Shown here piece by piece: positions 25,060 to 38,639 of a stretch of 64,000 nt of DNA (positions within the stretch are counted from its first letter, which is position 1; every line of letters begins with the position of its first letter). This stretch comes from Eledone cirrhosa (taxonomy: Eukaryota). The position numbers were made by a program, and so were the translations under genes. The stretch is taken from contig OZ024741.1 of NCBI GenBank assembly GCA_964016885.1, forward strand, positions 233,244,001 through 233,308,000. The letters are read 5' to 3'. The notes beneath the pieces were generated by a model. The model ran no database searches. It saw only the letters and a program-made list of their open reading frames with translations, and was not told the DNA's origin.

Positions 25060-25542
25060 CAGAGGGTTGTGATGCTTTGGATAGAGAGCGTGAACAAAGG
25101 AAGACCGTGCACTTACCAACAAAACTCTGGGTCGCCTCATAAAGCGAAGACGACCCTAAAATAGATGAATTACAATTTCCACGATCACCTCACGCCAAAT
25201 ATATGGCTTCTTAGCTCTCCAGACCTTCCATTGGACTACTACGAGAGGGAAGTCAATCAACGCCTCCATGACATTATAAAATCTCTGAAGTCCGCCATAA
25301 CTAGCACAATATCCAAAACAGATAAAGATCATCTGATTCGGGTATGTCAAAGTTTCAGACTTCGCATTGAACCAGTCACCGATGCTATTGGCAGATTCAT
25401 TGACGTGATGCGTCAAAAAGTACCTCAACATTATTCACGCCATTTTTTTTTTTTTTTCTGAAATAAAACTCTTCTTTTGTGACTTGTGTGTCTTTTACTA
25501 AATTCCTGCAAATGTCCTCAAATAACTGAACTACCCTTTTGT
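25060..25542 (+). mobile_element. Tc1/mariner superfamily (DD37D/maT-like) transposase 3' fossil
   Basis: YQQNSGSPHKAKTT...TPNIWLLSSPDLPLDYY...SLKSAI...LIRVCQSFRLRIE..DAIGRFID. Confidence 0.75.
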
Positions 25543-25827
25543 ATATATATGTATATATGTATATATGTATATATGTATATAATAATTCTTCCTTAGTTCC
25601 TTAAGGATAAGGTTATAGCTATATATGTATATATGTATATATGCATGTATGTACGTATGTAAGTATGTATGTTCGTATGTATGTATGTATATATGTGTGT
25701 GTATGTATGTATGTCATGTATGTATGTATGTGTGTGTGTGTGTATGTATGTGTGTGTATGTATGTGTATGTATGTATGTATGTATGTTCGTATGTGTGTA
25801 TGTTCGTATGTATGTATGTTCGTATAT

Positions 25828-26436
25828 GTCAGGTCACCAGTTGGTGCTACTGGTAACATGTATCCCAGTACAACCTGTCCCATGGTCGGGTCGTTGGCGA
25901 CTAAACTGGCAACCCCACCAAGGTTTCTTGGTGAGGAGGGTGACTTTGGACATCCTGCAGGACTAAAAACAAAACCTGTCAAAGGGCAAAGGAGCTCTTA
26001 AGAGTCAATGGCCATCCAAAATCACCGGGAGAGATGACCCCTTAGCCTTTGTCAAGGCAGAATTCTAGGAGAAGGAAAACTCTGATATAACACCTGCAAC
26101 CCTGATGGTATCCAATGATGTTGACTTGTTCTTCTTTTTGGTAAATATCATCTTGGTTAAGAGAGTGGGACTGGCTTTGTGCAGTGCCTTTGCTCACTAT
26201 AAAAGCTTCACGGCACAAGCATTGCTTTATATCTGGAGATCTCTCTGCACTTGTCGTCACATGGTACCATGGGCCCAGCACTATGTGTCAATAATTGTCA
26301 CAAGTGTAGTCTATGTACCAGAGTTTTCAAGTCGCTGGCTGGACTAAAAAGTCACACTCGTTCAGCGCATCGGTAGGGGTTCTCCTACATGGATATAAAG
26401 TAGTGGCCGTACTCGAAAACGAGTTGGCAGCCACCA
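25828..26436 (+). mobile_element. Bipartite non-autonomous RTE derivative (5' UTR joined to the extreme 3' end) with (TATG)n tail
   Basis: RTE-type leader motif ctaggagaaggaaaactctga. Ends CSLCTRVFKSLAGLKSHTRSAHR* plus gtggccgtactcgaaaacgagttggcagccaccat, similar to the end of the 26924 element. Confidence 0.7.
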
Positions 26437-26576
26437 TGTTCGTATGTATGTATGTATGTATGTATGTATGTATGTATGTATGTATGTATGTATGTATGTA
26501 TGTGTGTATGTGTGTGTATGTATGTATGTATGTATGTGTATATATGTATGTATGTATGTTCGTATGCATGTATGTA

Positions 26577-26607
<31 letters not shown>

Positions 26608-26923
26608 ATGTGTATGTATGTATGTATGTATGTTCGTATGCATGTATGTATGTGTGTGTATGTATGTATGTATGTGTGTGTATGTATGTATATATATATA
26701 TATGTATGTATGTTCGTATGCATGTATGTATGTGTGCCTCTGTGCTTGTGTGTATGTTACATTGATACCGATACATACATATGTATGTGTGGGTGTATGT
26801 ATGTATGTATGTATGTATGTATGTATGTGTGTGTATGTATATATATATGTATGTATGTTCGTATGCATGTATGCATGTATGTATGTGTGCATCTGTGCTT
26901 GTGTGTATGTTACATTGATACCG

Positions 26924-27542
26924 ACCTTGCCAGGATGAAGGATTCTAGAATACCAAAACAACTCTTCTATGGAGAGTTGGTTAAAGGAAAACGACCGCCA
27001 CATAAACCAAAAAAGAGGTATAAGGATTCCTTGAAGGCCTCTCTGAAAGACGCTAACATCTCTGCTGATACATGGGAAAATGTTGCTGCTGATCGTAATA
27101 AATGGAGAAAGACTGTATATGAGGGAAAAGTTGCCTTTGAGGCATCTCGAATCGCACACGAGAAAGTAAAGCGGGACGTGAGGAAGGGTATTGCTGTTGC
27201 ACTTCCAGACGGCGAGGGTCCTCCTATGTTTCTGACATGCAGCGTCTGTGCGAGACTCTGCCTAAGCAAAGCTGGACTCGAAAGTCATCTTCGCAGTCAT
27301 AAAGTAAGACCAGTGGTTGACTACCAGGCTGCTGTTGGAGATGCTACTCATCATGCTTGCCAAACATGTGGTAGAGAATGTAAATCAGCAGGAGGACTCA
27401 AGCGACATGCAAAAGTACACGAACTCCAACCACAGCCGACTATTCCCAGTAAATGTTTTGGTTGCCGACTCTGTGCAAGACATTTTAGATCATTGGCTGG
27501 GCTAAAAAGCCACATTCGATCGCAGCACTGTTAGTTGCTATC

Positions 27543-27580
<38 letters not shown>

Positions 27581-27659
27581 GCTTATGTGCGTGCGTGTGT
27601 GTGTATATATATATGAATATGTATATTATTGTTGTTGTTGTCGTTATTAATATTATTGC

Positions 27660-27699
<40 letters not shown>

Positions 27700-27819
27700 G
27701 TTATTAATGTATGTGTGTATATATGTGTGAGTGTATGTGTATGTATGTGTGTGTGTATATATGTATGTGTGTGTATGTATGTGTGTGTATATATATGTGT
27801 ATGTATATATATATGTATA

Positions 27820-27852
<33 letters not shown>

Positions 27853-27857
27853 CTTTT

Positions 27858-27893
<36 letters not shown>

Positions 27894-27894
27894 C

Positions 27895-27971
<77 letters not shown>

Positions 27972-28015
27972 TGTGCAATGGCCATACTCGATAACGAGGG
28001 GGCAGCCATCATCAT
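26924..28015 (+). mobile_element. RTE-clade LINE 3' end with three C2H2 zinc fingers (coding 26924-27534); microsatellite-expanded 3' UTR
   Basis: RMKDSRIPKQLFYGEL..GKR...KRYKDSLK...WE..AADRNKWR, then three CxxC-x12-H-x3/4-H units. Tail atggccatactcgataacgagggggcagccatc. Confidence 0.88.
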
Positions 28016-28579
28016 GTATGTATGTATGTATGTATGTATGTATGTGTGTGTATGTATGTGTGTGTATGTATGTATATATATATATGTATGTATGTTCGTA
28101 TGCATGTATGTATGTGTGTATGTATGTGTCTGTATGTATGTATATATATATATATATGTATGTATGTTCGTATGCATGTATGCATGTATGTATGTGTGCC
28201 TCTGTGCTTGTGTGTATGTTACATTGATACCGATACATACACTCGTATCCAAATACTACTACTTTCTCTCTTACTCTCACGCTCTACCTCTTTATCTCTC
28301 TATCTTTGTCTCGTGCACATAACACTCTCTTTCATCTCTCTCCATATATCTATCTATCTATCTATCTATCTATCCATCTATCTATCTATCCACCTTCTCT
28401 ATCTTATCTTTCATATATTTCATATACACACGTCAATTATTCTTACATATTCACCAACGCAGCCATTTAGACTTCTCCCTTCTCTATCCATCTCATCCCG
28501 CTCTCCCTCTTCTCTCGGTCTCTGACACGTATGCAATACAAAAGTACAATTCTGCGTGAGATGATACAGGTATTGTTTA

Positions 28580-30075
<1,496 letters not shown>

Positions 30076-30269
30076 AGCAATTAGAAGTGGAACTAACATA
30101 GCGTGGATCCCCATAGGTATATGAAAGGATATACGATATAGTTATGTAAAATGAACGTACGAGTCTCGCAATAACCTTTTGAAAAGGTATGATCATGTCA
30201 CCGCTATCTCAGTTACGGTGGGAATGACAGACACCTATTTCTGGATTGTTATTCCTCATCAGTGACATT

Positions 30270-30890
30270 TATTCACTCGCTACTGAGACGAAAGCCTGCG
30301 CATTGGGGCTCCCCTGAGGCTCGGCCTCCGGATCTGCGAGCCACACACATGTCGCTGTGGATCCACCGTAGACGCTTTCGGCCTCCACCCGCTCTCCTGT
30401 CGCTAGAGTGCCAACCCCCTACCACGACATTCTGCCCTCGACGAGGTCGTAAAGCATGGCTTAGATGCTGCAGGTTTCCCCTCCCAGCTCGAGCCGGTGG
30501 GGCTGGACCGAGGAGATGACAGAATGGCGTGCGTGGTAGGGGTCTGGCACTGTAAACTCCTCGTCTGGGATGCCATGTGCAGCGACACATTCTCCAGCAG
30601 CCACCGGGTGCAGTCTGCGACTAACCCAGGCTCTGCTGCACTTCGAGCTAAGGAGGGTAAACTCTCCAAATATCGGTCGCTCTCCGGCAGATTTGTAGTC
30701 GAGCCCGTAGCAGTGGAGACGTCTGGTGTCCTTGGCCCTAGGGCCACCTCCTACTCGCCACCATCAGCGCAGAGCTGGCTAGCCGCAGGTGTGAGCCTCG
30801 CGTGCTGGAATGGCTCTTCCAGCACATCTTCCTCACCATTCTCCGGGGAAACGCCTCCTCTATTCTGTCCGCCGAGGCCGCGGGACAGCC
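30270..30890 (+). mobile_element. CRE-clade-like non-LTR retroposon 3' fragment (zinc knuckle plus restriction-like endonuclease)
   Basis: [27 protein letters not shown]...RH; EPVGLDRGD; LVWDAMCSDT; KLSKY; PVAVETSGVLG; WLFQHIFLTILRGNA. Confidence 0.82.
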
Positions 30891-31519
30891 AGCACATGGA
30901 ACCCCATTTGCTCATAATAGTGAGAGATGGGGAGGGCGTGAGAGACAGCAGCGATGACAGTGGGGGTTCGGTTTCTCTATGTTCGGACCTGGTGTACAAC
31001 TATTGTTATTAAAGAAAATAGTTTTCCAGAAAATAAAAGTTCAACGCATGCGGAAATTGTTACTTGAAGTTGTAAAAACTGGTTAAAGCTTATATGTTTT
31101 TGTTTGTTTGTTGTTGTTGTTGTTGTTGTATTGTGTTTGTTTGTTTTTTTACATATGAAACATTGGCACCTCGGACAAATCATTTTGACTATACTCTCAG
31201 GTGGACCAGTGCCTTGTGAGTGAAATATAGTTGACGGAAACGACAGAAGCCGGACGTATATATAATTCGGTGGAATATGTTTGTTTGTTATGTCTTATGG
31301 TTGCGAAGAAAGTTGTTTTTTTATAGTTAGAACATGTAAAGACGACGCACAGACGTTAGTGCTATCCATCAAATCTATAAAATGTGAATCATTTAAATAC
31401 CTCGCTTATCTGGAAACTATAAGATTTCTACTTTAAGTTTTCTTATTTGCTCACTACAAGGTATTTCCTGCTTAAGTAGTTAAAGCACACACTTTATTTG
31501 CCAAATGCCTCTACTTTTG

Positions 31520-33225
31520 GTTTCTTCTTCTTCTTCTTCTTCTTCTTCTTCTTCTTCTTCTTCTTCTTCTTCTTCTTCAATCTCTCTTTCCAGCGGATCC
31601 AGTCAGAAGCAACCGTCTCCAACTGATCCGGCTGGATCCTCAAGCGAGACCAGCCAAGCTCATGGCTGTTATCTAACCATCTTGCTCGGGGTCTACTTCA
31701 GGGTTTCCAGCCGGTTGGATCTCTCAATTCAGAGAAGTAGCGGCTGACTACCAGGAGTGACTCTCTGATCTCCGAGCTACGCACTCTATCGAGTAATGTT
31801 ACGCCAAAGACGCTTCAGAGAAACCCCATTTTGGCCACTTGTATTCGCGATCATATTCTTTCGGTCATTACCCAATATACATGACTATAGGTAAGGGTTG
31901 GCACGAATACAGAATTGAAGATAGTGAGTTTGGTTTTTACACCTACCTCCCTTCTTCTGATTACAGCTAGAGTACTACTGCATCAGCTCCTACAATTCTT
32001 GCACTTAATTCAGCCTCCTGCTTTCCATCACTCGTGAACACAGCTCCGAGATACTTGAACTTCTCCACCTGTTTCAGTGGAACTCCATTCACATGTAGAG
32101 TTCACTTCGTAGGCTTCCGTGAGAGGACGAATGTCTCAGTTTTCGCAGCAGTGGTTTACATTCCAGCCATGCAGCATCTTATCTTCTGTCGAGTTAAATA
32201 ACACTAGGTCGCCTGTAGGTTCTTGCCGACTGATTTTACACCTGCCCGTTGTGATACCACTTTCAACACGGCTGTGCATGTTAATCCTGATCATGAAAAT
32301 AATTGTTTTTAATAAACGGATGTGATAGTACCCACCCTTGGTGGAGTCCGTCTCCCACATTGAATGATTTAGATCACAGGTTCTCAACACCTCTCAACCC
32401 ATTTAGACCTTTTGTCCCTCGAAATCACGAACCCCTCCCCCTCCCCGCTCCCACCACCACCACCCTATTTTTTTCATTTTTCAATATACTACTGATTTTT
32501 ATATCAGTAGATTACTAAAAAAATTGATTAACAATATTCCAAAGATGTGTGTATTATCTGATTATGTGTTGTATGTGGTCCTAGATGTGTGTATTATCTG
32601 ATTATGTGTTGTATGTGGTCCTAAATGTGTGTTCTACTCGCTTCAGTTTCTTTTTCTTTTCTTTTTTTATTTGTAATATTATTTATACAATAGGGAATAA
32701 AATAGATCAACATAGCATAGTGTTAACTCGTTACGGTTGAGTCAATAATTTCAGACATGAAATACATTGTTATCGGTGAAGGAAAGATAAGATTCTAACG
32801 GGTGGCGCTCAAAGTGTCTTTGATCCAGTTGACTGTGGGTTTTTCCATTTTTAGAATCTCAATTATCGGTTAACGTCTCAATTACCGGACATGCCTGCAC
32901 ACCTGCTCACAGCTGCGGTCAGACCATAGTTATGCTGTCTGCAAGCTCATTCAAATGCATTCACACTGGCTGTCTCAAAGACATACAAATATGGCTTATA
33001 AAACTTACCAAAATAAAGAGCCTTCCAGCACCCACCCACCCCTGACCCCCTCCCCCAGCTCCAAACGCCCCCCTAACACGACCTTGCTCCCAAACGCCCC
33101 CCTGCAGTTCCGAAACGCCCCCCGGAGGTGCATATGCCCCCCGTTGAGAACCTTTGATTTAGATTTATCCGAACACAAATACTCGAGCATTCGTAAAGAC
33201 ACATCAGGGCAACAAGAAGCTGAAA
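31520..33225 (-). mobile_element. RTE-clade LINE 3' fragment with (AAG)n tail, split by a hAT element
   Basis: Reverse-complement homology to 18090-18830 and 48550-49480; VEKFKYLG; (TTC)n at 31522-31578. Confidence 0.85.
32375..33156. mobile_element. Non-autonomous hAT (Charlie/Buster-like) element
   Basis: TIRs cacaggttctcaac / gttgagaacctttg; 8-bp TSD atttagat at 32367-32374 and 33157-33164; internal 40-bp tandem duplication near 32545-32630. Confidence 0.88.
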
Positions 33226-33427
33226 TATTTTTGTTTTTGTTTTTGTCTTTGTTTTTGTTTTAATAAGGTGTAAATATATTAATTAACATAACACTCATCA
33301 AAATGTTCAAATAATTCTGAGATCACGCTCGAAGCCCAGAGTTTTTCTTCTTCTTCTTCTTCTTCTTTTCTATCTCTCTATCTATCTGTTTGGCTATCTG
33401 TCTCTCTCCCTCTCTCCCTCTTCCTCT

Positions 33428-33459
<32 letters not shown>

Positions 33460-34627
33460 CTAACTGGCTAGTTCCATGTCTAGGTATCTGTTTATTTAGC
33501 TAGATACAGAAAGATCTAAATTTTCTAGAACTGTCTGTTTAGTTACATACAGATGTGTGTGTCTGTGTGTGTCTGTGTTTGAATGTGAGTGTGTATGTGC
33601 GCGCGCGCGCATGTATTTATCTATTTATCTTTTTATCTAGCCATCCTCTTCCTACCATTTCAATTTTGTTTAGAACGAGAAAATAACTTTCAATGTGTTC
33701 ATGATCTTACTCTGTTTTCTCTCACCCACCCACATCTCTCTCTCTCTCTCTCTGTTTTCTCCGCCATTGCCAAACACATACACACACCACCCAATTACTC
33801 TACCAGCCTCCTCTCCTTCCCCTCCTCGCCATCTATCGCAGTCATGCTGTAAGCTAGAATATAAATCATTGCTGGTATAACTACACTTAAGGTAGGTAGG
33901 TCTCTTATATATATCTCGCCGTCTGACTTAAAATTTACTTTTTCCTTATAAACACGTTCATGTATATTCTTTGCCGGTTTCTGTGAATATGAATGCGGCC
34001 ATGCTGGGACACCACCTTCAAATTTTTTTATTGTTTGTTTATAGAGTTGTTCATATTGATATTACTGTAATTATTACAGTATAGTATGTTCTTTTCGACG
34101 ATCAATCTTCGTCGAATGGCGAGACTACTTCTTTTGCTACTTATAAAAAAAAAAATGTTGCATAAAGGGAAGCAACTCAGCACTTTGATTTTCATCAATA
34201 TACACACAAACGCACACACACACACACATATAGTGGAACTGGGGGGGAGCCCCCCCCATCCCAATAATTATATTTTTCTCCCCAAACTATTTGTATTTGC
34301 ATTACAATTTATATACATGTTATGTTTTATCGCATATCGAAATTTTTTATATCCTGGTTGATATTTGATAACAGCTAAACTAACCAAATTTGCCCCTCCC
34401 CCCCCCCTCACACACACACACACAATTCAGAAATGTTTCCACTGTCCCTGATATATATATATATATATCAAGATAAAACCAGTTTAAAACTAGTTTGACT
34501 ATAACTCAACAAAGTACTCGATACTTGGGGTAGTAGAGTGTGACGTAGCTCGTGCCGTTTCAACTGCTAGTCTGAAATTAGCTGTTTAAACGGCAACAGT
34601 TCAACCGCCGGGTCCCGACTCTTTATA

Positions 34628-34666
<39 letters not shown>

Positions 34667-35357
34667 AAAAGAGTCGGGACCCCGACGGCTGAGCTCCGGC
34701 TGTTTCGACAGGGTATCCCCCCAAAAATGTATACACACTTTGATTAGAATGCTGTGTGTATATACATTTTTGGGGACAGCTTGTATATATATATATATGT
34801 GTGTGTGTGTATATTATATACCGATATCATATACACACATATATATACATACATATATATACATGAGTGAGAGAGAGAGAGAGAGAGAGAGAGATGGTGT
34901 ATGTATATATATATATATGTGTGTGTGTGTATACATATGTGTGCATATATGTGAATAAAGATTGTTAGTTCTAGTTCGAATCCAGTTGAGTGCTATGTAC
35001 ATATTTTCTTAACCCTCTGTAGCTGAAATAATCTCTTAGTATATAAACACAAAGTCTGTCACCCAACACTTTCGCTTTTTTTTTTTTTCGCTTTCTTTTT
35101 TCTTTTTTATTACAAACATATAATCCAGTCGAAATTTATTAATTAAAATATTAACTTCTTTCCGAAAAAAAAAAGGGACAAAATAATTGTATATTAGTAT
35201 ATAAACACAAATTATATTTTAGAATTTATAACAAATAAAGATGAAAAATTATTTTTTTAAAAGTAGGTGAAGACGCCAATTAAAGATACACAATTAAACT
35301 CCATAACAAGGAACGCTGGAGTTACCCGCTAAATCTGTTTAGGCATATTTAGGAATA

Positions 35358-35405
35358 GCTCTCCTGATGATGATTGAAGATCAAATCGATAGAAATGTAG
35401 AGAGC
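35358..35405 (+). ncRNA. Minimal type I hammerhead ribozyme motif
   Basis: gctctc-CTGATGA-tgatt(gaagatca)aatcg-ata-GAAA-t-GTA-gagagc, with a perfect 6-bp stem I. Confidence 0.65.
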
Positions 35406-35879
35406 AGCAGATATGTTGTGAAACTTAAAAGTAAAGAAAAAGCACTTTCCCTATTATCGCTGGTTGGAAAGAGGTTCCCATAACCAGGCCCGTTTCCAAG
35501 GATATTTAGTACTGGATGGCATTGCCCGCCACCCACACTTCCATTCCTAATTTTCAATGGTAACCCACCCCCTTCCCCAAATTTAGAAACACTTACCTTA
35601 GAATTATTTCGTGCTGGAGTGGCCTACCTAGAATATTCTGAAGTCGCCTCAAGTCCCAAAATCTGACGACGTCCCTGCCTAATAGCCGATCGAGCTTCAG
35701 CAGGACCTCAAAAATGTAGTTCACTACTAAGTGTAGATTTAAGATATTTTTTTTAGATATTTTAACCCAAAAGATGAAGTTAATTAGATTGAAATATCAT
35801 TGTAGTCAAATTAACACTTTGTAGGAAATATGAAATATTTCTATTTAATGAAATAAAACAAAAATATAAAAATTTACAG

Positions 35880-36068
35880 CTCACACATATGCAGGTTTTA
35901 GCTGGCCTTCTATGTGGCTGTATCTCATGGGAGATTTCTTGTGTGTTTTATTGTGAAAAAGCAACTGATGCATCTTGCTCTAGAACTCAACCTGTTGCCC
36001 AATACAGGAATCGAACCTACGCTCCTAACATCATGAATCCAGCATTGTAACCACTAGGCCACACACCC
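35880..36068 (-). mobile_element. Old tRNA-headed SINE
   Basis: Reverse complement starts ggtgtgTGGCCTAGTGGttac...GGTTCGATTCCtg (Pol III A and B boxes); no clean cloverleaf. Confidence 0.6.
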
Positions 36069-36582
36069 TATCTGGATTCTATTAAGTGGCTAACCTTATT
36101 CTGCTTTATTTTCTAACTACAACCAGCAGATCTGGATCCATAGCAAAACCCCCAAAAGAAGAAATCTTCACTCTACAGGACAAAAAGTCCACATAGAAAA
36201 AAATATAGAATTTGGATATATTGTTTTAGTTTATTACATTTCATAATGTTAGCTATTAAAAGTTACAAAAAGAGTTTGATTTATCTTTTACTATTTAATA
36301 TTTTACTATGCGGAGTTTTTTAGTAGGGGGTTTTAACCAGTAGGATTTTTGTCCCCCTGCAAGTTTTGTTTGTATCTCGCTAAATCAGCCGATTTGATGT
36401 ATCAGATGTTTTAATAAGAGCCACAAGTTTGGGGGTTAATAAAGTAAGCGAAAGAAAAAAGAAAACAAAAGCGAAAAATATGTAGCTAGCCGCAAATATA
36501 CAACTCATTATAATATATATATATAATATATATATATATTATATATATATATATATTATATATATATATATATTATATATAT

Positions 36583-36644
<62 letters not shown>

Positions 36645-36659
36645 TATATATATATATAG

Positions 36660-36792
36660 CGTCCCTTTACGATCTGAGTTCAATTCCCGCCGAGGTTTAC
36701 TTTGCCTTTCATCCTTACGGGGTCGATAAAATAAAGTACCAGTAATGTACTGGGATAATTGCTGGCCTTGTGCCAAAAGTAGAAACAATTAT
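36660..36792 (+). mobile_element. SINE family A, 5'-truncated
   Basis: Consensus match. Confidence 0.88.
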
Positions 36793-37336
36793 ATATATAT
36801 ATAGCCTCCTTAACTCTGGAATACAACTCACACGAGACGGACCTCATTACAGCATGGAGTGGTATATATATATATATTGACCTTCTGAAACGATAGTAAA
36901 ACAATGAACAGATTAAACAATAAACTTTTGTTTTCATTGTTCGACACTCGTACACAAACACGTGTGTAGGGGGGGGGGGGGGGTTGCGTGCGTCTGCGCG
37001 CGTGTGTGTGTATGTGTGTGTGTGAGAGAGAGAGAGAGAAAGCGGACTCGGTTTTAAAACTGGCCTGGCCGTTCGTAACATATGAGGTAACCACATTGTT
37101 CATTAAAATGTTTTGCACTGGTTTTTTTTTTCTTTTTCTTTTTCATGGTTGGGGCGGGGAATCCAACCCAGCAGCCCGTGTGGCTGCCCGTTTCTGATTT
37201 GGACCAGTATTACACATTGAATACGATCGTCGTCATTTTCATCGGATTTTAGTTTCACTTTAATAAAAAATGGCTTATAGGATTTTGCCACCAAGCTTAA
37301 GGTGACACCGACAATTGAAGCTCCTACTAGTACATG

Positions 37337-37474
37337 CAGTGCCGGATTTACCATTGTACTTAGGTGTGCACATGGTTCCGTTGGCTAGAGGAGGACCCAT
37401 CTTCCTGCCCCAAACATTTTTTAGCGCCTTCGGGGTCCAAGTGAGGGGCCTCATTTGTCCTAAATCCGGCTCTG
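37337..37474. mobile_element. 138-bp hAT MITE
   Basis: TIRs cagtgccggattta / taaatccggctctg; perfect 8-bp TSD agtacatg. Confidence 0.9.
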
Positions 37475-37566
37475 AGTACATGACCCATTGTTTTATAGAC
37501 GGCGGATGGAATAAATAATATTCAATTTTTTCACCAAACAACTGTAACAAACTTATGATTAAAGAT

Positions 37567-37657
<91 letters not shown>

Positions 37658-37675
37658 TACATATATATATATATA

Positions 37676-37794
37676 CGGTGGGGAGTAAGACATGGTCACC
37701 TAACCTAGCTTTGCCCATGACAGGACAACTCGTCTAACCCATGCTAGCGTGATGGACGTAAAACGGTGATGAAGATGATGATGGCATATATATC

Positions 37795-37860
<66 letters not shown>

Positions 37861-37893
37861 ATATAGACATGACTTCTACAGGACTAGAACTGT

Positions 37894-37947
<54 letters not shown>

Positions 37948-38128
37948 ATATATGTCATCATCATCTTCATCACCGTTTTACATCCATCACGCTAACATGA
38001 GTTAGACGAGTTGTCCTGTCATGGGCAAAACTAGGTTAGGTGACCATGTCTTGCTCCCCACCCTATATATATATATATTTATATATATTTAATATAGACA
38101 TGACTTCTACAGGACTAGAACTAGAACT

Positions 38129-38135
<7 letters not shown>
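37676..38135. repeat. Inverted plus direct duplication cluster bounded by (TA)n
   Basis: RTE 3' tail at 37676-37785 is inverted at 37955-38063; atttaatatagacatgacttctacaggactagaact is repeated at about 37856 and 38087. Confidence 0.85.
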
Positions 38136-38178
<43 letters not shown>

Positions 38179-38639
38179 GGTGAGAGAGGAGACAGATAAA
38201 CAACACCGTTGGCAGTGTACGTTTTAGAACATTTGCCCATTTTCTCTCACTCCGTTTCCATTCTAAATAAAGAAAATTTAGGACTTTTTCAACCGATCAT
38301 AAGGTTCGTGCGTGGCAGATTGATAAGAATGGTGTACAGTTAGTTACAAGCCAATGGAAAGTTGTTAATAGGGCCAAGCTAGATGTAAAATGTACTCTCC
38401 TGCACACACATCCAAAGTTAGACCAGATGTAAAATCGCCCCCCCCCCCTCGCTCCATAGCTGGTAGTAAGACTGGGTTCGATGTAAAAAGATGTACAGCC
38501 TAACCTTGCCAAAACTGATTAAGTAACTGGTTCAGATGTGGAATGTACCTCTTCTCCACCAAAGCTAGTAATAGGACAATGTAAAATGTACGAACCCCAC
38601 ACCTTCACCAACAAAGCTGGTAATAGGACTGGACAACTT

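Noticed and set aside
25832-25945. Canonical HDV-like ribozyme
   Set aside because: A P1-like pairing with a leading G-U exists, but the following GG for P1.1 and a P2 closure were not found.
26924-27534. Host C2H2 zinc-finger gene exon
   Set aside because: In frame with RTE C-terminal motifs, lacks TGEKP linkers, and is followed by an RTE tail.
35486-35677. hAT-type MITE (caggcccgt ... acgtccctg)
   Set aside because: TIRs are short and the candidate 8-bp TSDs match only partly.
35995-36068. tRNA gene
   Set aside because: A and B boxes are present but the acceptor and anticodon stems do not pair, and the sequence continues into a SINE-like body.
37040-37210. Promoter (GC box ggggcgggg)
   Set aside because: A single short motif with no linked gene or CpG island; not supportable.
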